From Octopus bimaculoides (Eukaryota): 64,000 nucleotides of DNA. A program made the translations under genes and the position numbers. Under the pieces are notes generated by a model, which did not search any database, had not been told where the DNA came from, and saw only the letters and a program-made list of their open reading frames with translations. Each line of letters opens with the position of its first letter. The first letter of the stretch is position 1. The DNA lies in the NCBI RefSeq assembly GCF_001194135.2, contig NC_068989.1, positions 4,917,448 to 4,981,447 on the forward strand, given 5' to 3'. This document shows, piece by piece, positions 36,469 through 64,000 of the stretch.

Positions 36469-39400
36469 GGTGGATCTGTTGTTTGACAATGAGGATTCAG
36501 TTGTTTGGCAAACAATTACCTCCTCCTAAATTAATGTGTTGGTGGCTGAGTATTCCATAGACACCATCGTACCCTTAATGTAATTCTCAGGTAGAGTCAG
36601 CATGCTAGTGTGTGACAAGGCCCTACCTTTCAAATTACGGTTACAGTCCATTTGACAGATTCTTTACAGTTTCCTGCTGCCCAGTTCTATTCACACAGTG
36701 TATGGGTCAACCCAAGGCTACACACACACGTCTATGCTAAAAGACATACATATGCATAGATATTATATACATACACCTATTCTTAAACATACACCACAGC
36801 CAACATATCTATCCCGAGAAAACCTCAGCTATCTTCTTCATATTTATCTGTACACACACACACACACACACACAGAGTTGACTGTAAGTCTTGTCAGAAA
36901 TAAAACGAAAATACTCAAATGTATATTAGGGGGGAAATATTTATGAAATATTTATAGCAATGTTTGAACAGCAATAGAGATCAATCATTAGGATTTGAAA
37001 AGGTGATGTCAGCTCTCATCTACAAAAGGCAGTGACAAACTGCTGTAGTTAAATATTTCTTCTTCAGTAAGAAACAAAGTCATGAACTGGTAGACAACTA
37101 GAAGTACTATAATTTGTGTGTGTGTATGTATGTATATAATATAACCATTTCATCCATTTACATAGTTGCCCCACTTCCAACATATATATAAATTAAATTA
37201 ATTTTATTTTTCAAATATCATTTAAAAACTCCTTTGTCATTTTTTTTTTAAACCTATGTTTATTAAGGTATAATTTCTAACTCCTTGAGATGTTGATGGA
37301 GATATTTATTTAATATGAATAGACCAATATTTGTAGCAATATTGGTATTACCCAACAAAGGAGCTTCTACAAGGTCATTTGACAGGCTAAAAACAGCAGC
37401 CAAGAACCAACTGTGAAAAAAAAAGGATATGTAGTGATACATGATGATCACAAGTTCTAAAGGCCTTTGATATTATGTCTGGAATTAAACAACAATAATA
37501 TCATTATTCTGGATGCATTCATATTTTAAGAAATCATAGAATGGTGAAAATCATTCAAATTTTCACAGTCTACATAATTACATGTGTCTGTTCGCAGATG
37601 GGTGATGATCCTACTGCCATTAGTAATATATCAAGTAGAATGAACAGATTCACTTTAACTCAAAGTATCTCAGCTATTTGAAAAGTGAACTATACTTTGT
37701 GTTCAAAATGAAAGAGGTCCACCGGATGTATCTTTTCTTGCTAATCCCATAAAAATATATTTTAGAGAAAAAAAAAGTTACGCAGCCTTCAATAATTGCC
37801 ATTTGTAAATATCTGTCTTACTTGCAATTTACAAAGGTGTTTCAATGACAACTTGTCGATACAAGGCAAACAGAAAATCCAGTCTATAATTGTTTTTTGT
37901 TTTTTAGTCAAACTTCTCTCCTAATTCATTTGATTCCTAATTGCTCTTATATATTTTATTATAACTCTCTTTCTTAAAGATTTATTCTAAATAGGCTGAT
38001 TTCATAATACTCAATGTAACAAAAGTGCTTTTCAGTTTAGAATTTCTAACAAAGATGAATAGGCAACAATTACGATATGAAAAGGTAAGCTAAATTTATT
38101 AATAATTTTTCTGCATTGCCTGTAAAAATTAGTGGACTAGAAGAAAAAATGTGATTAAGGGATAACAATCAGAAATAAGATTGAGCTAAAACTGAATGAG
38201 TGGTAAAGCATTAAATTGGTTGCAAGCGAGTAAAAGAATATTATTCACACACTAGCATGTGTGAATGATATACAACAAATTATCGCTTTTTTCATCACTT
38301 AAAGCTGCATAACTTTTTTACTATCTAATATCTTTTAACAAAATCGTCATCAGAAGATTCTACTCATCAAGATCTTTTAAAAGAATATAAGTAAAATATA
38401 GTTTTTCTTTTAAGTAACTGAGAAATTATAAGTCAAAGTAAACGTTAGGCGTTACTCTCCCATTTTTGATTCTACATTTTTTTATCATAAGTTTTTTTTC
38501 TACAGAACCAAATTTCGATTATTTTATGTAAAAATGTAGCTTACCATTGGCCTGTCATAGTGCAAAAAGAACGAATTAAGATTACACTAAAACTGAATGG
38601 TTGGCTGCATGTGAATAAAAGTTGACCCCAAGAATATTATTCACACACTATCATGTGGGAATGATAAGGCCATTATGAATCATCTGAACAAATACCAGTC
38701 TTTATAGCCATATTTACTAAAAACTAAGTCAGTCTGGCCTAATTAATAAATGAGCAATTGCAATTTTATGGCAGTGGATAAGAAGAAATGTTAAAATACC
38801 TCATTAAATATAAATGCCTTACAGTATTTAAGTTATATTTTGCATTCAAGCCTTGCCTTTCACCCTTTTACTGGGTGATTAGTTAACTGTATCCTTCCCC
38901 CTCACAGTTTTCAGGTCATGAACCTATCTAAGAAATCCTTATGATTAGATATATCATACACATCCCAGGAAAATATACATACATACACACACACACTTTT
39001 TGTGCAATAAGTTTTTGTGGGTTGGCTAGGTGGCAGAATGTGAAAATGGGTGAGATACACCAAGTTTAAGAATAAGCACCTCATAGACAAACACATCAAC
39101 AGCTTCAGGTACATGCCCCATTTTGGCATCCTCTCTACCTATCTCTTAATCCATGCAATAGATAGTGGGATTAAGGAATGGAGAATGCTAAGAGGCAGAT
39201 AGCTCAAATAACAATTTTATGCATTATTCAATTTTTCTCTTACCCTCTCCCTTACAAAATTAGTTGGGAATTTTATGGTGGTGGATGAAGGGTATAATTA
39301 ATTTTATATATTCAATTAGCATCTTATTTTTATTTATATTCTTGCCAGCCTTTCAAAACTTTATTATATGTGATGTCTGTTTTAGTTTGTGTGAGAATGT

Positions 39401-41339
39401 TTTGTTTTCTCGTTTCTACTTTTCAACCCTAATAAAAGGTCTCTCAAATACTCTGCTATTTTTATGCTAAGCTAAATTATTCACATTTGATGCTTTTCTT
39501 GTTCAAGTTCAGATATAAACATACATGCACAATCATTGCACAGTTACTTCACACACACATCCCATACTTCAAATCTTCAATAGTAAACTTAAATAATTAG
39601 TTATATCTAAGTGATGACCAATTAATCACTATTAGCTTTGAGAGACATGAAACTGTTTTTAATGGCAAAGCTCGAAGGAGATAAAGCTATAAATAAGAAT
39701 GCAAATATTAGGTTAAAAAAATATCCTTTGAATGGAAAAGTTGAGAAAGTTTTAAACATTTTTCTGTCCAAGGTTTTTTTTAACCTAATATGCTACACAC
39801 TATTATTTATAGCTTTATCTGCTTTAAGTTCCACCGTTAAAAGCAATTAATTACTATCAACTTCATTTTATTTGATGAGTTGACTTTTTATTTTTTAATA
39901 AACAATAGCAATCTTTTTCTCTAACTAAAACTGAAAAAATTTTTTAAAAAGCATCATTTTGATGCTTCTTTCTCATTCAGAATTGAAATTTGAGATTTAT
40001 AAATGATTAACATAAAAAGGTGAGTTGAAATAAAGTTTGACTCAAAACAATTATATAACAATACTTAAATTATCCACATTATTCTGCAACCATTAAAAAA
40101 AAAAAAAAACATTTTTATGCATCCTGTAAGTCATCTAGTTCCACCCCCTCCACCCCTGCCAAGTGGAAAGTTAAGCAGATTCTAAGTATGAGCAAAACCT
40201 CAGTAAAAATAAGAGTTATTTCCCTTGAAATTATTTACTTATCAAAGTTATTTCTCTTTATTCTNNNNNNNNNNNNNNNNNNNNNNNNNNNNNNNNNNNN
40301 NNNNNNNNNNNNNNNNNNNNNNNNNNNNNNATTTATTATTTTTCTTGTTCTTCCCCCTCCCCACAAGACATTTTTATGAAAAGGAGGATATAATCGAATA
40401 TATGAATAACTTTATTAGTTTTTTTATTTCATCAACCCTCAGCAAGAGTTTGTTGAATGAAATATCCCCAGAGCTGACTGATTGCTGTTTTTTTTTTTTT
40501 TCTTTGAAAGGGTCTAAGTACCAGTGATATGCTGTAGTCAATTACACCCTCTCCAACAAATATTGGAAATCAGTAATCATCTGAAAACTCTACATGAATA
40601 TATGCAAATAGAAATCTTGTGTGTGTATAGAGGTTTACAACTTAATACATGTAGTTGATTCCTCCCCAATCTTAAATTGAGATTTTCGTTTCTGTTATTC
40701 ACAGCAACGAAATAAGAAAAAATAATCTACATGTATTATGTATTGATTTTGTTTTTATCATCTGTACATTCAGTAACACAACTAACTAATGGTGTCACTA
40801 AAATAAACAACTAAATACCAAAATAAGAGATCAATTTGATTATACTCTTCTCCAATTTTCCTTTTTTTATAAAAAAACAATGAGAAAATTTATTTCCCTA
40901 TGCACTGTAGCAGCGTGGGCATAATCTCTGTGCCTGTGCAGGTTTTATAAATTTCCCTGAAATTGTGGTAAACTCTATGTTGCTTTAATTCTTGGACATC
41001 TGGTATATCTAGTGGTAAGTGAAGCTACCAGCTGTAGTATTTAATGCAACAAGAGTTAAACTTATCTTGAAGCTATTGTCATACCTTCAGATTAATGTGA
41101 CAAATCTTTGTATGCATATGTGTGGTTGTGCAATATTACAAACACAGATATGCAAGTATATATACATACATACACACACACACACACACAAACATACTCA
41201 ACTACTATTTCTTATTGTATAATGACACACACATGCTCACTCACTTTTGTATGTGTAAATTCAGACATACATACACTTTTAAACACATTTACTGTATGCA
41301 TAAACACACACAAATTGACACTCTCCCGTCATTCTTATC

Positions 41340-41372
<33 letters not shown>

Positions 41373-41753
41373 TACATGCACACACAAACATATCTATGTA
41401 ACTATTTCAAACCTGAATCATGCTTAAGGCTTCTGNNNNNNNNNNNNNTGTCGGGAAATTTTTTTTTTTTTACTAATTTGAATTCATTTCTCCCCATTGA
41501 GGTAACCAAGATGTTTTTCCTTACAACAACTGTTTCAACCTACAAAAAAAAAGTCTTGCGACTTTTACTAAATGTTATTTATATTTTATACTTATTTTTC
41601 CATTAATTGTGAAGCCTTCTTGCATGCAGTTATATTTTTTTAAACCCATTCATTCATGCTATTATGATTATTACTTTGTATATATTTGATTAAATGTGTG
41701 TGTGTGCAATTGAATTTCTACTCTTCTGTCTCAATGAACCCATTATATATATA

Positions 41754-42342
41754 TATAGGAAAAATAGAAGTTGAAAATGCACTGAGAACAGTCAAAATAT
41801 TTTTTTTTTATTATATTTAAAGATTTAACCAGTTTCACAGATTACACTGATTTTCAAAAAGTTGAAATAAAAGGGCATGGCCTATGTCATAGCTGTGTTA
41901 CTTCTAACTAGTGTTTGAAGCTAGCCCCTATTTTTATAGGGAGTCCATGGCTCAAATTAGTATGTTTTGAATAGGATTTTGTTTGGTTAAGGATAGTCAC
42001 ATGAGTGGTCTTAGAAATTTTTGTAACAGGGAACCTACAAAAATTTTTGTAGTGGGGACATAGTAGGGAACCTACAAAAATTTCTAAGACCAACCATCTG
42101 ACTATCCTCTACCAATCAAATCCTATCCAAAACATACTAATTTGAGCCCTGAACTCCCTATAAAAATAGGGGCAAACTTCAAATACTAGTCAGAAGCAAG
42201 ACAGCTGCGACATAAGCCACGTCTTTCTATTTCAACTTTTTGAAAATCAGTGTAAACTGTGAAACCGGTTAAAGCTTTAAATATATTAATAATAAATATT
42301 TTAACTATTCTCAGTGCATTTGCAACTTCTATTTTTCCTATA
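41754..42342. mobile_element. ~590-bp foldback/MITE-like element with ~270-bp inverted arms
   Basis: Starts tataggaaaaatagaagttg and ends caacttctatttttcctata; the arms are imperfectly complementary throughout, e.g. gcccctatttttatagggagt / actccctataaaaataggggc; TA-flanked. Confidence 0.85.
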
Positions 42343-42358
42343 TTTCTACCCATGTGGA

Positions 42359-42389
<31 letters not shown>

Positions 42390-43060
42390 GCTAACTGTAC
42401 AAATGTCTTGTTTTGGTCTCTACTGCTGGTTGTAAATGTATATGCTGTTGATCACATCAGGCTCCATCTCCAAGATACTCTCTCTATAGATACATTCTGG
42501 CTTTAGTTTTAGATTTAAGAAGTCATTAGGAATCACTGCAGATGTTGATGGCAAGTTTGCATGACGCAGTTCCACCCTTCATCTTGTTTGATTCTCCACA
42601 GGAATTATTGTTCAATTCAGTACCAAAAGCTAACAAAACACAATTTTAGTGTAGTTACTGCTTACTGAAGTGAGTTGTTCCCACATTATGGTTCCTATTT
42701 ACAGCTAAATAGACTGAGGTGGGATGCTGAGAGCTGTTTTACCTACATGCACAGCACTAATGACCAATGTCTAACATCAAATACAAGGTTACTGTGTGTG
42801 TAAGACCACACAACTAACCCTGCTCCTTCTTAAGGCAGAAAGATCATGTTTGATCTGTTTGACTTTTGTGGTGAATTACAGCAATTTGTTTCATCATGAA
42901 AATATTAAGGTAGATAAATATAGCACCATTGCAGTCTCTAGCTTAATCACCTAGGTTACTGATGTTGTTTTGCCAGTGCAGCACTAGTCCACATTTCATT
43001 GCTGCAACAAGCAGAAGACTTGCAGCCTCTGCTCTGCAAGATATTCATGTGTGATCTCTC

Positions 43061-43100
<40 letters not shown>

Positions 43101-43138
43101 NNNNNNNNNNNNNNNNNNNNNNNNNNNNNNNNNNNNNN

Positions 43139-43180
<42 letters not shown>

Positions 43181-44077
43181 TTCTATCATCAGTTGGGTAG
43201 GTAAAGTAGCATTGAGCTGTGTGCTTGACTTCTCCTTGGCCTGTCATTCTCACAGGTTATAAACCTTTGGTCCCATCAAGAAATTAAAGCACAGTTGAGA
43301 GAACTCCTGCACACATGTCCACACAATACTCATGGTATCAAGGCACATTTACTTCATATCCCTGCCCCACTTCTGCTTCTACAATTAAATGCCTGTGAGC
43401 AGAAATTAATAGTTAAAATGTTAAAAGGAAAACAAAAAGTGTTCACATCCTGCTTTGAGTTAAAAGGTTAGGTTACAAAATATAAATTGAAACAATGACA
43501 ACTATTTCTTAGGGAGAAACTAAAGCTGAAAGATTAGAAGTTATGTTGTTTTTTTTTTTTGTTGTTTTTTTAATCACGGTTTCAGTACAGACTTGTGATT
43601 AAAGGTGTGCCAGCTATGATCTACCAATCTAGAAGTACAATATCTTTTTAAGATGGTAGGGTGTAATTTGAGAGACATTTGGCTGACGACAGGAATGTTG
43701 ATAAATGCAAAAGATTTTGTATGAGATTTCAAGTCCAGTAAAAGAAGAGGACAATCATACTTGTTCTCAAGAAGTTGTGCTAAAAACTTGTCTCGGACAT
43801 GTTTTATTCCGTTCTTTTCTTGAAGAAATCAGGATGTAAAAGACAGAGGTAATGTTTAGAACCAAACTAAACTTTTCTCATTCGTGTCCAATTAACACAA
43901 CAACACTACATAGAAACCTTCTTTTCTGTAGCGTATGTGCCTGCTTATTTTGCAAGGGTTTGGCACAAATCTGAAGCTATATAAATGAGTTTATTTATAT
44001 GAAGAAAGCCATTCTCTTTCCTCTTCAATGATCAACCATGACATACTTCTCCTTTCCTCTCTCCATTCCTCTAAATG

Positions 44078-44118
<41 letters not shown>

Positions 44119-46379
44119 GTATTCACACCAACCCAACGACTCTGTTAAATGTTGTCTCTTAGTGTTGTGAGAATCTCTTAGACTGATAAACAGAAATCAG
44201 TTGGATATGAGAATTATGTAATTCATTCTTATCTCATTGATTTGTTTTTCTTACTTTAATCTTAATTCATCAGATTTTAATTTTATCATCACTTCATTTA
44301 AAACAAGTAAATAAAAAAAAGTTTTTAAAATTATTGAAAAAAAAAAACTGGAGCTTTCTTCAATTGTTTGTCTTATTGTTCAGGATTTTTTTCTTTTTAA
44401 AATTGTATTTGAAATATGAACTTAAAACCCTGAAATTGTCTGTAACTCTCTTCTTTTCCCCAATCTTACAAACAATTTAACATTGTTTAACCCGAAGGGA
44501 GCTCTCAGTTTAATAACCCTTATATTGTATTAATATATTTTTTCTTTAAATTTTTTTTATAATTTATATATATATAGGGATGTGTGTGTATGTATGTATG
44601 TTGGTGCCACCATACTTTTCAACAGTTCATAATTAAAACAACAGAACAAAGATGTGTTCGTTAGTGTAACCTAAATGTCCAGCTAATCTCCTAGTTGTAG
44701 GATGGCCAATTAAATGACTGGAATTTATTGAATAAACATTAAAATTATGCCAACAAAAATGTGTTTTTGGTAATTATTTTCTAAAACTTGTTTTTTTGCC
44801 ATTTTTGCCTCTCATTATTTCCAATGTCCACTAATCCTTGTTCTTACCCTATGTTGTGAGCATAAATCTCTGCATTTTCATACCACTTAAGGGTCAGTAT
44901 GTACAAGTTACAGATTTCTGTTGAAATACATTGCCCTTGTTTCAATTGGTTTTGAAAATAACTGTCATTATTAAGCTGGTGTTTGGGACATAAATTAACA
45001 TATAAATAATACGTTTTTTTCAATTTCATGAACTAAAAGTTGGAGTGGGGCAGGATAAATTACCTGCATCAACTTGCTATAAAAGCAGGTAGTAATTTTA
45101 CCTTGTATTTATTCTTAGTGCAAGTTTTGGAGATTGCAGTTTGATTTTTAACAGTAGTATAAAAGTAGTATAAAAAAACTACACTATTTATGGAATGAGC
45201 CAATAATTTTGATTGAAGGTTTCAAATTAAGCCTACTTAAATCAGGAAATTTGTATTCTAGAACCAGGGGTAAAAAAAAGGGTAACGACTCCCTTCAGTC
45301 ATGAATGACCATGGGATTGCACCTTGAAAGTTACGTTCCGAAGCACAAGCCTGGGCAAAGTTGTTTATGGAAGACAAGCAGTCAGCCATGCATACCAGCC
45401 TCCCCTCTCCATGCCACTGATGTTACCCCAGGCAAAGGCCAATACTGTTCAGACCAGTAACATGGCAACTCATTTCTACGGAGCAACATGAAATAAAGTG
45501 TCTTGCTCAACACAGCCCAGTCCAGGAATTGAACTCACTACATCATGATTGTGAGCCCAATGCTCTAACCACTGAGTTATGTGCCATCACTGAACCAGGC
45601 GTAGGCTGGTATCAAATTGGTTGAGAACTTCTACATAGTCTTTCACTCACTAATGAAGCCTCAGTGTTGTCCCTATCCTGAATAGAAATAGCAGTTAAAC
45701 CCCCTCAAACCGCTCCCTAAAACACTTTGAAATGGAAACCACACACATTTTAAATCTTAAATTATGGCACAGCCTATCTCTACAAGAACACAAGGTTCTC
45801 GTTACACCGGAACATTAAATGAATGATGCTTCAGTTATTCCCCTGCCTTTTTACCATACATCATATCGTATAATATTCTAATATTATTTAAACAGCAGAA
45901 TCATTAGCATGTTGGTCAAAATGCTTAGAGACATTTCGTCCAGCTTTACATTCTGAGTCCAAATTCCTTGAGAAAGATTTTGCCTTTCATCCTTTCAGAG
46001 TCAATAAGTACCAGTCATGCACTGGGGTTGATGTAATTAACTTAAAGGTTCCTTCAAAATTTGAAATAATTTAAATAAATATCTACCTGTCTGTTAACTC
46101 TCTCCATTCTTCTGGGTTGAACTGATTATTAATAATATACACAACACATAACCTCAAAGGAAAGTAAAGAAAGAAAGACATCGAAGGGGCGATACACACT
46201 CTGTGCGCACACAAGGATAAAATAATATTTAATTTAATAATCTCATATGAATTCGTATTTCAACAAAATGACATCAAGAATTATTTCCCCTCCTTATCAT
46301 TTATAAAGATTCGCCTGTCCAACAGTTTTGAAGATAATCAAATCAAAATTTAATAAGTTTGAGCTACTCACCCAATGAG

Positions 46380-46474
46380 TATTTCTTCCAAATTTGGTGA
46401 AAATCCGTTGAGCCGTTTTTCCAGACAAGCAGACAAAGACAAGCCCTTGCTTTGCTTATGTGCGCAGGGTTAAT
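46380..46474. mobile_element. Possible Helitron/HINE-like non-autonomous fragment
   Basis: ccaaatttggtgaaaatccgttgagccgtttt followed by a cagacaagcagaca tract, a pattern typical of invertebrate HINE-type elements; ends not resolved. Confidence 0.3.
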
Positions 46475-47426
46475 AAATCCTTCTCATCAAGGATTACGTA
46501 GAATCCAATTTTTTTTTCAAGATTGTTGAGTAACATTTAAGGAGATTTGGCTACCATTTCTAGCAGTTCAAGTAACAATGTAGAGGTTCTCTCATTAGCT
46601 CAAGACAAATTATTTTCTTCCTTAGGTAGGGGATCAAGGATCTTCAGAAGTTTCATAATTAACTGTACTAATCTTAATTACTGCTGCTAAACTTATTGGT
46701 TCTTGAATCTTGGTTATACTACTCCCCTCTACATAGCAATGAATAGATTTTTTTTTTACCTCAAAATTGTTGTAAGAAGAAATATAGTTAATTGAATTAG
46801 CTCCAATATAGATCTGGTAATTTATCGTAGAGGCAAGAAAGTCAAAGCAAAATTTGTTGATTCAAAACTAAATATGTCTGCAGTTCGTCTAAAATTGTTC
46901 CACTAAATATGTAAGCAGCTAATCTAGCACAGTACCACTTCAGCTAGTTCACCACCTTCTGCACTTAGCAAATTAATACCATTTTCATTTTTCTATTAAT
47001 CTCCAACCATCATCAGATACCATGTCAGATTGGATTCAAACTCAGAACTTTTATTCCTAAGCTAAGAATAATTAACACAAATATCAAACTCAGGCACTGA
47101 TGCTTGTAAAATGATGACAAATGGAGATGAAGCCAGTTAAGACAAAATGCCAGCAAGAAAGGCTGACGTTAAATGATGATGATGTAAATTGTGAGGGAAT
47201 TTTTTCATCTCTGAGCTTGATGTTAATAAAGAGACCAAAGAAATTATAATCATATTAACAATAAACTCATCCCAGATATTTAGATATTTAATAATCTGTT
47301 AAACAATTAGGGAAACAGAAAAGAGAAAATAGTTGAAGCATCAGTAGTATTATGTGTCTGTATGTTTATAATAGTTCTTTAGTATGGCCACGCTCATACT
47401 AGAGCACTGCTGTCTAAACACGTGTA

Positions 47427-47467
<41 letters not shown>

Positions 47468-47637
47468 ATTTAGACAGCAGAAGGGGGACAATAGCTTATA
47501 AGTTTCTCTGTCCACCTGTTTTGTGCATGTGTGCGTGTGTGTTGCGAAATGAAACAAATTAATTCAATGTTAAAATATTCATTAGATAAACAACCAACTG
47601 TTTTTTTCTTCTTTTTTTTTTAATTCAGTGAATAAAT

Positions 47638-47643
47638 TTTAAT
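47638..47643 (-). promoter_or_regulatory. ATTAAA, possible GAPDH polyadenylation signal
   Basis: About 40 nt after the TGA on the minus strand; a second ATTAAA lies at 47619-47624. Confidence 0.3.
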
Positions 47644-47684
47644 TAACATTGTAATATGAGGAAGAAAAGAAGACCGACCTCAGA

Positions 47685-62641
<14,957 letters not shown>

Positions 62642-64000
62642 CTATGATTAACGGTATTCAAAGCTGTTCGATCTAATATTCAAACATTGTGTGCCCCAAC
62701 CTGGACTGTAATATACAAAGTGTCCTTAAGAAAATGGATATGATTAGAGGGAGATTTAGCATCTATTTCTAGGAGGTCAATTGACCACATAGAAACTCTC
62801 TTAGTTGCTCCCTCTTGAGGAAGTTAGGAGAAACTTGAAGGGCATGTATCACATTTTACTTGGTTCTCTACATACAACTGGTAACACAAAACCTTGAACC
62901 ATTGATCTATTCTTAAAATTACATTTGACGTTGTTAGTTCAGTCTTTAAAGTTTAAAAGTAGCCCATTTAGAAGCAGACTTTATCTACCCAAAGTACTGT
63001 GTACATTAAGAATGTGTAAACAATCATAGAAGTTGAGTAAACTTCATGATTGTTTATTCAAAACTCTGATGTGGCCTGGTATTTCCTTTCAACGCTTACC
63101 TATGTTAACTATGCTTTGTATTTCACTTTTTTGAGGTCTGACAACCCTAAATTCTAATCAATGTGTATCCCCTAACTTCAGACAGACACCCAAAAATAAA
63201 TCTCTATGGTCTCCAAAGAATAAGAATGAGGAAATGTGGTATAGGAAGAGGGAAAAAGTGAATGATGCTATTTTTAAAAATTAATCACTTGTAAGATAAA
63301 TAAAGGTGGTGAAAAGCAATAAAGCACTACTATTCTCCTCTCTGTAAGATGAAAATTGCAATAAAACACTCTAAAACTGGAAATAATATTCGTTGTGTTT
63401 CATATATAATTAATAATATATGTTGTCAATACAATAGAATATATTAAACACCTTTATACAACTCAATATCAGGTGAGCGAGTGTGTGTATACATTGTGTT
63501 TCTTTTATCTTGTAATTTGTTTCAGTCACTGGATCATGGCCATGCTGGAGTAGTGCCCCAAAGGGTTTAAGGCAAACAAATCAATCCCAATACTAGTGTT
63601 TTTTTTTTAAGTGTGGTATTTATTTCACTCGTCTCATTTGCTGAACCGCAAATAAAAATTATCTACAGGAGGGTGTTCACAGTGTAAAAGCCTTTCCAAC
63701 AGCTAAACGATGAAGTAAGAACCAAGATTACTCTCTAATATTTCTCTTCTTAATAGAGCTATGCTAGTGGAGTGCAGGTTCCTCATAGGGCCTCTCATGT
63801 TGGACAGGTAAAAGGACAGAGGCCAGACAGATGTGAACCACCTGTTCCCGGAAGTAAAAATGGGTTTGCAAGGGGATAAACCTCCCCTACTTCAGGAAGG
63901 CCACCAAATGACTTTTCTCCTCCGTTCTCAGCTGTCTTTCCTACTCCTCTCCAGCTGGATCCCTGCTTTTATTGATCTGCCTCAGTAACTCTGCAGCTTT

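Noticed and set aside
42420-42629. Minus-strand acceptor with short open frames (FGTELNNNSCGE... and VELRHANLPS...NQQ*)
   Set aside because: Under 55 codons, no recognisable homology and no partner exons; expected by chance.

Overview
AT-rich eukaryotic genomic DNA, dense in microsatellites and SINEs, with five N-gaps. The repeat families resemble those of octopus/coleoid cephalopods (inference). Two spliced genes face each other tail-to-tail. (1) + strand, 1623-34035: the 3' ~1190 codons of a membrane-anchored ADAM, in 21 hand-assembled GT-AG exons plus a candidate 27-nt microexon. It has the end of the prodomain, metalloprotease-like, disintegrin, Cys-rich, EGF and TM domains, and a ~580-aa cytoplasmic tail. 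Its zinc motif is [12 protein letters not shown]: all three His are kept but the catalytic Glu is Met, i.e. a mind-meld/UNC-71-type pseudoprotease. (2) - strand, 47685-62597: GAPDH, 8 coding exons; the first short coding exon was not found in the window. The rest is tRNA-headed SINEs, LINE scraps, two internally inverted mariner relics, a Tigger-like MITE and a ~590-bp foldback element. Best leads: a minimal type I hammerhead ribozyme inside a 234-bp inverted repeat in a GAPDH intron, whose host-sense copy is disabled; a second hammerhead-like core variant in the adjacent intron; a microexon next to the ADAM zinc motif; a SINE-derived 27-bp perfect hairpin; and PP1/EVH1/degron-like motifs in the ADAM tail. 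No CRISPR array, rRNA or genuine tRNA gene was found. All exon models and folds were derived by eye and need RNA-seq or computational confirmation.
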